From positions 1 through 32,607 of the forward strand of contig LT642214.1 of assembly GCA_900128585.1 (NCBI GenBank): a stretch of DNA of 32,607 bases, given 5' to 3'. Under the pieces are notes generated by a model. It was not told where the DNA came from, searched no databases, and saw only the letters and a list, made by a program, of their open reading frames with translations. Below, piece after piece: positions 1 to 9,439 of the stretch (positions within the stretch are counted from its first letter, which is position 1; each line of letters starts with the position of its first letter). Source of the DNA: Stramenopiles sp. TOSAG23-3. Taxonomy: Eukaryota. A program made the position numbers and the translations under genes.

Positions 1-3000
1 GTGCTGTGAACGTTTTCAAAGCGATAAAGGTGACAGCCGGTCTTAACATCCCAGACTTCAATACGACCGTGGTCGTCGCACGTCAAGACTTGGTGGTACG
101 TTTTAGAGTACAACACTGATTTCAAAGTCTCTTTTGTTACCCAATCAACCCCTACCTTCGTCTCTCCATTTATTGTCCCGTTGCTATTTACTGAACCTAA
201 TGGTGCCCACTCTTTGATGATGGCATACTTGCGCAGTGATGCACGTAACCCTAGAGTAATTGTTCCTTGCGAATCACAGTGCATTGTAAACACTTCTCCT
301 TTTGCAGCAGTACTGCGACTGTTCGCGCTGCTTCTCGAATAGCTGACATATTCAAACGGGATCTTCTGCAAGAGCTGTGTGTCAACCGTACTGAAAACGT
401 TTAACATTTGAAGCGCTGTTCCGCCGTCCTGCGATCTCGGCACGCTCAATGACAAGATTCTATCATTTTTGTAGTCAAAGTGGACAGAGCGCACTGGAAA
501 GCCAGTGCTGATTGTGCGGAGCACGGTGCATGAACGGGGGGTCCAATGGAGTAAATCACGGCTCATACCGTAACTAATCACAGTCCCGTCCTTTTCGTTT
601 ACAGCAAAGCCGTGGACTGCTTTCTCGTGTTCTGTAAAAGCACGACAGCTGCCATCATACTCTAAAAACTTGCTGTCACCGTACACATCTCCTAGAACTG
701 GTCGGTCGTATGTTATTTTTTGCATTTTTATAGTCCCATCCAGAGATGAAGAAAAAATTGCGCCGTATTGTTCGACGTAGCTTATTTGGGTGACACGATC
801 TCGGTGCATAGCTTTATGGATCCAGCTCCCATTCTCAGAACATACTAAACCTTCTACCTGTTCGATTGGGCCCTTCACTATGTAGTTCTCTGTTTTTAAA
901 TTTTTGGCAACACCCCCCCGAACCTTTTGAAGGACTTTGTAATTTTGTCGCCATTCTTTTGTGAGAACGAAACCGATAATGTCCCCTCTTGCAGTTCCCA
1001 TCCACATCATATCTTTTTTCAACGTAGAAGTGCCACTGGATGTGGTTTTTGAAGGCAGTGCTACGTTGTAAAAATTCATTACGCAGGGAGATCGAGGCAG
1101 CATGGAAATCTTGTATTTCACGTCCCAAGTCTCATTTTCGTGTTTTGACAAACCTAGCCGTTTGCTGCGCTCATCCCACACGGTGCTGCTTATGTAGAAA
1201 TAGATTTCTCGTACTCTAGTTGCAACAGCCAACAACGGACTGCTGCCACATTGGCACATCGCTGTCGCAGTCGACGACAAGGGAACATTGGTCACGTGAC
1301 AGCGTTCTTTCTTTCTTTCAAATCCTGGTTCGTTGCCTTTTAATATGTCGACGACAGAGAATCCTTTGTGTGTTTCAGTGTATGTAGCTAGTCTTTCGAT
1401 TGAAGAGAACGGTCGCCCCGAAACGTTTCGTGCAACATGTAGAATGGCGTCGTCGGGGTGTTTTCTCAAGTTGGAACCCTTTTCAGGGTCACCAATCATG
1501 CGTTTGTCTATTGAATTCAATTGCACATGTGAATACTTGGACGCCACAATGCCAATGTCCTCTTTTTTCTTCTTCTCATCTTCTGTCGTACTATTAGAAG
1601 TGCCTTCTCCTGAGTTTTGTTGGCTCCCTAGGATAAAATTTGCAAAGACTGACCAAGACACCAGGCCTTTTCTATTCTCATCCATCAAGGCAAAAGCTTC
1701 TGAAACAAGGTGTTTCGCCCGATGGTACAAGTCGCCACGGTTTAAACTGTTTAATGCTACCCCTACTGTTGAATGAAAATTGCTCAAAGAAGCCATTGAA
1801 TCATTCATCAATTTCGTCTTGCTCGAGTCGGTCTTGGATAATTTTTGCAGAGCGTTTGCTTTGGTTTGCTGTAACCCGCTTTGATTATCCATTCTAGGTA
1901 ATTTCTTTGGAGTGGACTGCTTCGGTTTGAAACCTAACTTCAGTTTCTCTAGCTCTTTGACGCCGAGTGAGTTTCCCAGTAGAAAAAAGAGCTCTTGCAC
2001 GTTTTCTGGATCGCCAGACTGTAATTTTTGAATTCGTTTCCTGTTTCCATCGACGCTTGCAATTCTTGTGGAAAGCGACCGTCTTTGCTTTGGTATGGGA
2101 AAACCCAAGCTTGCTGAGATCACATTTTGTCTACTGCCTTCTTTCTTTGCAGAATCTGCACCTAACCATTTCGATAAAAGTGAAATGTATTCTCGAGACC
2201 TATCCTCGATGATAGTTAGGTGAGGAAATATGTCGACGAGTTTAAATTTGATGTACAAAACACCTGCGTTTAATTCGACATTGGTTGGGTGGTTAATATT
2301 ATATGAGAGAACTTCGCTTTGAAATTCCTTGTTGTGATCTACTATTGCTTCGAAAAGTTGGTCAACAGGTACTGAAACTGATCCCATTGGATCATCATCT
2401 TCGTCTATCTCATCTTGAGCTCCTGCGTCCTTTTTTGACTCATCTGTTTCTCGGACGTTTTCCTCTAATCCAGCATCTCGGTCAAATAAGTTAATGAGGA
2501 TACGTGTCTTCACTTTTTCTACAGAAAAGACCATTTCATCTGAATCTGAGTCCCACTCCGGGTTAACGGTCTGTTTTATTTCTCGCGATTCAAAACGCTT
2601 TTTTTCATATGAAAGTACTAAGTATGGGTCCGACGTGCCTAGTATACCATCCATCACGAGAACGTCTTCCGCCCTAATAGGGCGAATGGACATGCACCGA
2701 ATATTTTTTGTTCTCTTGTGAGCCTGAGATCGAAGGTTTTGGGACAATGCCTCAATCAGTGAAAACTTTGATCTTGCAAATTCCCACAACCCCTTCGAAG
2801 CCAAGAACGCAGCACTATTGTGACGGGAAAGTAACGCTATCCACTTGCCAAACTCATACGCAATGTCAAGGTTCTTCTTGGTGTTCCGACCCATCAGAGA
2901 AATATACCAATTTACCGGGACTGTACCAAGGTAAACAAACGATAAAGGGTTAAATATTGAACGTTCGTACAACAACAGCAGTTCTTCGTCATCCCTTGGA

Positions 3001-5366
3001 TACGCAGGATACTCTGTAATCTTGAGAACGTTGGAGCGAAAACGCCTACGTGACCACATCTCCCTAAACGCAGAGGCAGGTCGCTTTTGGGAGAACGGCA
3101 AATACCTTGATCTCGCAGCTTTTCGAAACGATGGATGGGAAAACGTAACTCTGATGTGCTCCGTAGCTTTAGATGTTGGGCTTCCTACTGTATTTTGTAA
3201 ATTAAGGTCATCATCAATTTCATCCACAATTCGTAAAAACCCGTGAGACAAGAACAGCAATTTTCTCACGTCTTCCTTTGAAACTTCTAAAAGCCTGCAC
3301 AAAGATCGCAAAGATAGACCTACATCTTCGGGAATAGTAGACAAGATTCCAAAAAAACCGGGCAAAAGGTTTGAAATGTTTTCATCGGTGACCTTACTTT
3401 CGTACCTGCCCAGGACATGTGACGCAACAGCAAATGCGGGATCAATCTGGCTTTGGCTCCCGTTGCACGCCAGCAAAACTTCCTCCAACAGAATTAGGCT
3501 GTCGTCAGGTAGTCGATCTGGCCTATTGTCGGCATGGTCAACATAGATATCGGCGCTAAATAGCCTACATTCGATACCAATCATGAACAGTACCAATGGA
3601 TTTACCGCACAGGCGCTAGCGGAAAATATTTTTTCAACTTCCCGATCTTTTGGTCGCAATTTATCGTCTACGTGCTTAAACCCAGTAAAAAACCATTGTG
3701 CACTTCCTTTGTCCATTCTGTCCGACAAAATCATCTTTTTGAGGCTTTTGTTCTTTTTTATCATGCCAATCACTTTGGAGAGAGAGAAGAAGCTTTTGTT
3801 TGATTCTTTTAAGGCCATTTTGTCACTTGAACCTTTTGTCAAGCTTTTCATATTATCGTTCGTAATGGGTTTCACTATGGCTTGCGGCTTGGAACTTTTC
3901 TTTTCTATGGTCCACTTTAGGTAAATAGAACTAACAGTGGTTATACCGGTGTACTCACCAGGCAGTTCAAGATCGTACCACTTGCTAACCCATTTCCTCG
4001 AATCTCGGCGGTGAAGCGGTGAGGAGTCATTATTGCAGTCCTGGTAAAAAGAATTTAACGGGATAATCACGTTCCCGAGTAACTCACTGTCCCCTAGCAA
4101 ATCTTTGTCATAAATTCGAACGTAAAAATGAGGTTCAATGTCTCTCTGAGTGCTTGGAGAATTGAAGACAAACTCCTCGTTCCAAGCTGGTTCTAAGGAT
4201 TTCTCTATAATTTTGGTATGACGTTTCTCCCCACACCATTCAACTTCGCAATATGGATCGCTCTTTCCAGTCGCATCGGCTGCAATAATCTGTTTTGCCT
4301 CAAAAATTCTAATTTGCAAGTGGGTATCAAGCGGCATAGACTGGAATAATTCCTTGTTGCTCGTGTCGCTGCAAATTCCATGGCCACCACCGGATGCTCT
4401 TTTCGAGCTACTACTCAACAATTTTGAAACAGACGTTGTTTTCTGCTCCCTGTTCGGGCTGTGAAACTCAAGCTGCCAGTCCTGTTTCTGTATGACGGAC
4501 GTCATACTTGTTGAAAGAGATGGAAGAGAAAAAGAGTGGTGCATACCATTCTGAAAATATTTGGAAGAATCAAAGCCTCGCTTTCCCCTTCCGTGCACTT
4601 CATGAAGGTTCTCAGTTTGGTTGTTTAAGTGGCGGTGTTGGCTCCTTTTTTGGCTTCTCGCACGATGAGAACTTCTTTTCTTCTTTGAGCGTCTTCTATT
4701 TTCGAGCGCATATAGCGATTTGCTAAACAAATTGTGCCCTTGCCTAATCGAAGAAGCGGGGGGAGGCAGTGTCGAATTCTGTAACGTGTTTCTTAAACCT
4801 TTCTCTCGCTTTCGCCATTTGTGTGACAGGATGGAATCTACTAATCTCTTGGTTGCTTCTTTGTAATTCAGAAGATTCAAAAACTCTTGGGATGCTGGAA
4901 ACAGCTGAGATAAAGCATCGCTGACTATCTTTGCGGTGAACTCTGGGATTACATCAAGCAATCGTTGAAGTGCTTCTTTGGAAAGTCGCTGCTTTGCCAT
5001 CGATTGTAATTTCCGCCAGAGTTTTCTCGTCTTATTTTCCATTTTAAATTGCTCTTTTTCGTGTTGTGTAGACAACACAGCAAACTGATGGTAAGAAAGC
5101 CAAAAAAATTCAATAAAAATATTCTCGTATGTCTCGTTTCGGATTAGTAGTGGGATAGCATCCCTCGTCAAGGAAGCCCCTATTTTTAAACTGTACTGAA
5201 ACGAGTGAAAAATAATCTTTTTGGAAAAATCATTCGCCTTTAAGTCCATGGCATCTCGCCTTCGAATATGCTGATTCGCAACGACAGCCTCAAACGATTC
5301 TATCGAAGTGGCAGTGGCGGAGTTTCCAATGCCACCATCGAACGAGGCTGATGCTAGCAACGGCAT
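1..5366 (-). CDS. Large C2-domain x2 / EF-hand-like / WD40-repeat protein, 3' end outside the window (>=1788 aa)
   Basis: Manual translation from ATG 5366 (MPLLASASFDGG...) shows no stop down to position 1. C2 domain 1 at ~4320-3910 (HLQIRIFEAKQIIAADATGKSDPYCEVEW...KSLEPAWNEEFVF...VRIYDKDLLGDSELLG). C2 domain 2 at ~2700-2230 (VMDGILGTSDPYLVLSY...KQTVNPEWD...LFDRD...DDDPMG). EF-hand-like segment at ~1700-1630 (FALMDENRKGLVSWSVFANFI). WD40-like repeats below ~820 (HRDRVTQI...SSSLDGTIKM; TCDDHGRIEVWDVKTG). Confidence 0.88.
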   Translation of the reverse strand, partial: MPLLASASFDGGIGNSATATSIESFEAVVANQHIRRRDAMDLKANDFSKKIIFHSFQYSLKIGASLTRDAIPLLIRNETYENIFIEFFWLSYHQFAVLSTQHEKEQFKMENKTRKLWRKLQSMAKQRLSKEALQRLLDVIPEFTAKIVSDALSQLFPASQEFLNLLNYKEATKRLVDSILSHKWRKREKGLRNTLQNSTLPPPASSIRQGHNLFSKSLYALENRRRSKKKRSSHRARSQKRSQHRHLNNQTENLHEVHGRGKRGFDSSKYFQNGMHHSFSLPSLSTSMTSVIQKQDWQLEFHSPNREQKTTSVSKLLSSSSKRASGGGHGICSDTSNKELFQSMPLDTHLQIRIFEAKQIIAADATGKSDPYCEVEWCGEKRHTKIIEKSLEPAWNEEFVFNSPSTQRDIEPHFYVRIYDKDLLGDSELLGNVIIPLNSFYQDCNNDSSPLHRRDSRKWVSKWYDLELPGEYTGITTVSSIYLKWTIEKKSSKPQAIVKPITNDNMKSLTKGSSDKMALKESNKSFFSLSKVIGMIKKNKSLKKMILSDRMDKGSAQWFFTGFKHVDDKLRPKDREVEKIFSASACAVNPLVLFMIGIECRLFSADIYVDHADNRPDRLPDDSLILLEEVLLACNGSQSQIDPAFAVASHVLGRYESKVTDENISNLLPGFFGILSTIPEDVGLSLRSLCRLLEVSKEDVRKLLFLSHGFLRIVDEIDDDLNLQNTVGSPTSKATEHIRVTFSHPSFRKAARSRYLPFSQKRPASAFREMWSRRRFRSNVLKITEYPAYPRDDEELLLLYERSIFNPLSFVYLGTVPVNWYISLMGRNTKKNLDIAYEFGKWIALLSRHNSAAFLASKGLWEFARSKFSLIEALSQNLRSQAHKRTKNIRCMSIRPIRAEDVLVMDGILGTSDPYLVLSYEKKRFESREIKQTVNPEWDSDSDEMVFSVEKVKTRILINLFDRDAGLEENVRETDESKKDAGAQDEIDEDDDPMGSVSVPVDQLFEAIVDHNKEFQSEVLSYNINHPTNVELNAGVLYIKFKLVDIFPHLTIIEDRSREYISLLSKWLGADSAKKEGSRQNVISASLGFPIPKQRRSLSTRIASVDGNRKRIQKLQSGDPENVQELFFLLGNSLGVKELEKLKLGFKPKQSTPKKLPRMDNQSGLQQTKANALQKLSKTDSSKTKLMNDSMASLSNFHSTVGVALNSLNRGDLYHRAKHLVSEAFALMDENRKGLVSWSVFANFILGSQQNSGEGTSNSTTEDEKKKKEDIGIVASKYSHVQLNSIDKRMIGDPEKGSNLRKHPDDAILHVARNVSGRPFSSIERLATYTETHKGFSVVDILKGNEPGFERKKERCHVTNVPLSSTATAMCQCGSSPLLAVATRVREIYFYISSTVWDERSKRLGLSKHENETWDVKYKISMLPRSPCVMNFYNVALPSKTTSSGTSTLKKDMMWMGTARGDIIGFVLTKEWRQNYKVLQKVRGGVAKNLKTENYIVKGPIEQVEGLVCSENGSWIHKAMHRDRVTQISYVEQYGAIFSSSLDGTIKMQKITYDRPVLGDVYGDSKFLEYDGSCRAFTEHEKAVHGFAVNEKDGTVISYGMSRDLLHWTPRSCTVLRTISTGFPVRSVHFDYKNDRILSLSVPRSQDGGTALQMLNVFSTVDTQLLQKIPFEYVSYSRSSANSRSTAAKGEVFTMHCDSQGTITLGLRASLRKYAIIKEWAPLGSVNSNGTINGETKVGVDWVTKETLKSVLYSKTYHQVLTCDDHGRIEVWDVKTGCHLYRFENVHS

Positions 5367-5970
5367 GTTGCACCTCTACCGTTAATCGTTCTGAACTCAC
5401 AGACTTCAACCGTTCAAGCTATTTCTAATCCACTCCGTCGTTTCCAAACAGCTTCTCTCTGTGGCAAAAATATATGCGCCGCGAACAACAAAATTACTCG
5501 TGGTTGGTAGAAATGAACAGAAAAAAAGCTCGTTTTATTACTGTTATATGTGTTGTATCTTTGTGGCATTATTCTTTTTATGCTCTGTTCTTGTAAGTGG
5601 TTTGGATAATATTTCTTCACTCAACAAATAGAAGAGCTTTTTAATTAATTTAATTAATATAGTTTAAATGGCTTAATTGGAATTATTATAATGGCTTTTA
5701 TATATTATTATTTTAACGGAAATCGTGTGTAAAAATTAACTATCAAACATATGCTGTGCTTATATGTGCTGTCCCATAATGTGAAATACAATTTTAAATA
5801 CAAAAAACGAACGAAACAAACAACGAATTTTTGAGGGGGAAAATATGAATAACTCCAAGGTGGAACAAGTACCGGTATTAATATTATCAGGTACAGGCAT
5901 AATACCAGGTACCAGGTACCTGTATAATACCCGTACAGCAATACAGTAGAGGAACTGAGAAAAAAGAAGC

Positions 5971-6000
5971 AAGAAGAAGAAGAAGAAGAAGAAGAAGAAG
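5971..6000. repeat. (AAG)n microsatellite
   Basis: Uninterrupted AAG run, seen directly. Confidence 0.9.
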
Positions 6001-6082
6001 GACGAGGAAATAATCGAACATCTTGTTGTAGTAAACAGTTTACCCTAATGGGATGAATGTTAATACTTTATTTTCCCTTTTA

Positions 6083-7321
6083 CTACTTTTTATTATCAAG
6101 ATACTCCTGGCTCACTCGTTTCAAACCATCCGTGCGAGGTAGTCTTAAACTATCTGTGGCCGACGTTATTCCGCTCAAGGCCGACACTCGCTTAAGTCCT
6201 TCCGTACGAGGTAGTCTCAAACTGTCTGTGGCGCTCGTTATCCCCTTCAAGGCCGCCAAGCGGCTTACAGCTGGTTTGTTTTTTTTCAACTTTTCCGACC
6301 GCTCAAGCTTGAGTGAATCGTTCGCGTTTGCTATTCCTTTCGTTAAATGTTTCAATGGAGACGGTAAGTTCCTGTAAAGCATGTGCTGCTCGTATAACTT
6401 GTCGTCAGGGGAGACGGCAAACGTGAATGACTTTTTACTGCATGCCACAGGATCGTTATCCAACATTTCGATGACGTCGTCTAGCAGCACGTTACGGCAG
6501 GAGCTGTTGCCCATAGCATTGATGTGTGAAATGTGAACGTGCAGGTGGAAAAACGACGGAAGGTAGTGAAAGTATGCGCATAGTTTCTCGGCGGGTACTC
6601 CATACTTTTCGGTGATCGCGTCCATCCCCGCAGATCTAATGTTCCTCAGAAGGGACAAGTGCTGGCCATTCAAATTGCGTATTGTACGGATGCCGTTCAT
6701 GCGAACTATGGCCAAGCAGCACAAATCCTCCACAACGGGGTCCTCATCCATGGCAGAGGCCCAGTTATTACTGTTCGGCATCAAAACAAAGCCGTCCATA
6801 CTGTCATCATCGCTATAAATAATCGACTCTTGCTCTGCCTTCCCATCCAATATGTTGTACAGCCACTCCAACTGTGAATCAAGGTCCCGGCAGCGATCGT
6901 TCAAATAGTTTCTTGTCACGTCCAAGTAGGCCTGCCCTGATTCTCTCAAATAGACCAGCTCTTTTTGCCTGTTCTTCTTAATGTGAAATTCCGTGGCAGG
7001 GTATATAACCTTTACGTCCAAGGGAAACTTCGCGATTCCTTCGGAAACCATGCTGTAGATGCTGTATTCCTCGTTCTCCAGGGTCGGGGGGCTGCCTAGC
7101 GTCCCTGTCGTTACCAAGTCGAAAACGTCCTGCTCGTTTGATTTAAATAAGGGCATGTTCACAACAACGATGGCCAACTTTCCGCTTTCCTCATCGTCAT
7201 CAAAGCATCCTAAAATTTTCCAGACCGAACTAGACTTGTAAATAATTTCCCGCGGTTTGAAGTTCGACAAACTGATCCGTGCCGTTTTGCCGGCGTTCGC
7301 TGTCTCACTAACTGCTGCCAT
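6083..7321 (-). CDS. DCPS: m7GpppX diphosphatase (scavenger decapping enzyme, HIT family) with a C-terminal repeat extension
   Basis: DcpS-typical segments: VIYPATEFHIKK, EWLYNILDGKAEQESIIY, IRTIRNLNGQHLSLLRNI, and the HIT motif FHYLPSFFHLHVH. Confidence 0.93.
   Translation of the reverse strand: MAAVSETANAGKTARISLSNFKPREIIYKSSSVWKILGCFDDDEESGKLAIVVVNMPLFKSNEQDVFDLVTTGTLGSPPTLENEEYSIYSMVSEGIAKFPLDVKVIYPATEFHIKKNRQKELVYLRESGQAYLDVTRNYLNDRCRDLDSQLEWLYNILDGKAEQESIIYSDDDSMDGFVLMPNSNNWASAMDEDPVVEDLCCLAIVRMNGIRTIRNLNGQHLSLLRNIRSAGMDAITEKYGVPAEKLCAYFHYLPSFFHLHVHISHINAMGNSSCRNVLLDDVIEMLDNDPVACSKKSFTFAVSPDDKLYEQHMLYRNLPSPLKHLTKGIANANDSLKLERSEKLKKNKPAVSRLAALKGITSATDSLRLPRTEGLKRVSALSGITSATDSLRLPRTDGLKRVSQEYLDNKK
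6113..6255 (-). repeat. 72-bp (24-aa) tandem coding repeat in the DcpS tail
   Basis: GITSATDSLRLPRT(E/D)GLKRVS occurs twice (GAGGTAGTCT at 6136 and 6208, period 72). A degenerate upstream copy reads GIANANDSLKLERSEKLKK. Confidence 0.9.
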
Positions 7322-7564
7322 TCGAGCCCCAAGAAGAAAGCAAAGGTCCGAGAAAAATCAAAGTATGAAAGCCCAGAAGGTTTGGTGTAATCTGTTGTAA
7401 ATCTTTTGCTGTTTTTCCTACGAATAACAAACAAGGTATGAACTCTACTTCTGACGGAATTCTTTCTTCGTAGATTAACTGAAAGCTCTGGAGTATTAAA
7501 CATTACAAGTTTCTTAGTTGTTTTTAATACAACATCATCATCATATTACCAATTTCATTTCATT

Positions 7565-7565
<1 letters not shown>

Positions 7566-7614
<49 letters not shown>

Positions 7615-7870
7615 NNNNNNNNNNNNNNNNNNNNNNNNNNNNNNNNNNNNNNNNNNNNNNNNNNNNNNNNNNNNNNNNNNNNNNNNNNNNNNAGAAGAAG
7701 AAGAAGAAAAAAGAAGAAGAAGAAGAAGAAAAAAGAAGAAGAAGAAGAAGAAAAAAGAAGAAGAAGAAGAAGAAGAAGAAAGAAGAAGAAGAAAAAGAAA
7801 AAGAAAAAGAAAAAGAAAAAGAAAAAGAAAAAGAAAAAGAAAAAAGAAGAAGAAGAAGAAGAAAAAAGAA
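7566..7870. repeat. Poly(A), assembly gap (N 7615-7692) and (GAA)n/(GAAAAA)n microsatellite
   Basis: Seen directly. Low-complexity sequence flanks the scaffold gap. Confidence 0.95.
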
Positions 7871-8208
7871 TATGAATATGATGAATAGTCTATGCATCAA
7901 CACAGCAAAAGGGATATTACAATTGACGGGGGAGGACGGGGGAGACGGGGGGGGAGGGAGGAGAAGAAGAAGAGAAGTAATAAATAATAAGAAGAAGAGA
8001 GAAGAAGAAAATAATTAATAATAATATATAGTACCTTGTAGTAATAATAATAATAATATGTGTGGTGTGTTTTTTTAATGTTATTAATTTTTTCAGTTGA
8101 AGTTAGACTAAATGATTTCAATATAAGAAAGGAAAATATGTGCCATTTATTGTACATTTGATACATTGCAGAAGAAAACAGTCAACTGGAAGGTTTAGGA
8201 AGTACAGG

Positions 8209-8270
8209 TTTTGTTCATAGGATCATTTGTACAGCGCACTTTTGTTCATAGGATCATTTGTACAGCGCAC
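8209..8270 (+). repeat. Perfect 31-bp tandem duplication immediately before the GPx start codon
   Basis: TTTTGTTCATAGGATCATTTGTACAGCGCAC at 8209-8239 and 8240-8270, followed by GCC-ATG. Confidence 0.95.
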
Positions 8271-8273
8271 GCC

Positions 8274-8804
8274 ATGGGTTCACTAATTACGAAGCACGAA
8301 GACGTGACAACCCCCTTCAAGTCTTTTTATGACATAAACTGCACGAACATTAACGGCGAGAAAATGGAGTTGGAGAAAAATACGGTGACTTTGGTTGTCA
8401 ATACAGCCGCCGAATGAGCGAAAAAACGGCAAATACCGGCCATGTTGAAGTTGTACAACAAGTACAAAGACCAAGGGTTTCGCCTGATACTGTGCCCATG
8501 CAATCAGTTCAACAAACAAGAGCCGGGGACGAACGCAGAAATTAAGCAAAAGTATGCTGACCAGTTTTCCATACCAGCTGAACTCCTGCACTCTAAGCTT
8601 GACGTCCAAGGCGACGGGATCCACGACATTTACCGATACTTGCGCTCCGCCAACTTGAAAAACCAATCCTCAGGCAAGAATGGGATTGAATGGAATTTTC
8701 AGAAGTATGTCGTCGATAGAGACGGTCAAGTCATCAAAAGGTATGGGCCCGCAGTAACTCCTGAATCGCTCGATACGCCAGAAAAGATTCAGGCCTGGCT
8801 TTAA
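8274..8804 (+). CDS. GPX: Selenocysteine-containing glutathione peroxidase (176 aa, Sec at TGA 8415-8417)
   Basis: ORFs 8211..8417 and 8442..8804 share one frame and are separated only by a TGA at the GPx catalytic position (VTLVVNTAAE-U-AKKRQIP). The downstream GPx motifs PCNQFNKQEPG and IEWNFQKYVVDRDGQVIKRY are intact. A SECIS lies in the 3' UTR. Confidence 0.95.
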
Positions 8805-8824
8805 ACCCAAGATACGTTTGGCAA

Positions 8825-8920
8825 GCAGCACGGTTCGCCCTCGAGAATGAACGGCGTTAGCTTAAATAACCTCAAATGGTTTTGTTAACGCTGTGAAATC
8901 GATTGGCACCGTCAGGCTGT
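8825..8920 (+). promoter_or_regulatory. Eukaryotic SECIS element (type II)
   Basis: Core ATGAA (8847-8851). A 10-bp helix pairs CGGCGTTAGC (8852-8861) with GTTAACGCTG (8884-8893). Unpaired AAA (8864-8866), apical mini-stem AACC/GGTT, 3' TGAA (8894-8897). Lower helix pairs TCGA/TCGA, GCC/GGC, ACGGT/ACCGT, CAGC/GCTG. AATAAA follows at 8939-8944. Confidence 0.92.
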
Positions 8921-9439
8921 TTCTAACACTCTACTCTCAATAAAGAACGAGGAAGGGGGGAAAAAAGTTTACCCAATGAATACTTGTTTATTCACAGGTC
9001 GTACCAGTATTTTTCTTTGTTTCTTAGACTACCAAATAGTATAATATTCTTAATAATTTTTTCCAAATACTACCCATGCTGTTCCTTACCATTCTAATGT
9101 ATTAGCTATACAAATAGGGACTTTATTTGGTGGTATAATATTAAATGTACCGGTACGATAATTACGAGTATTATCTTATGAGTAATACCAAAACTCATCT
9201 TCTATTTTTTTTTATTATAATACTGTAAGTATTATTTTAATAATAAAAAAATACTAGACGACTACTAGACTACCACAAAAAAAAATCTTTTTTTCGAAAA
9301 AATAAATTCGAGTTGGACAGAGGTTTCATAGTCCATCACAATCCGGATTGGCTTGAAAGTAAAACGCAACATTTTCAAATTTGTGCTGAGTGTGCGTGTT
9401 CAAGTAATAGCTTCACAAGGTTCAGCTGATTACAAACTC

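Noticed and set aside
835-4726. Many short ORFs listed over 835-4726
   Set aside because: They are antisense or off-frame shadows of the single long minus-strand ORF 5366..1.
7518-8166. K/E-rich and F/S-rich ORFs
   Set aside because: Translations of poly(A), N gap and microsatellite sequence.
8415-8417. TGA as a pseudogene stop or a genome-wide codon reassignment
   Set aside because: It sits at the GPx catalytic position with a SECIS downstream, and TGA terminates several other genes in the window.
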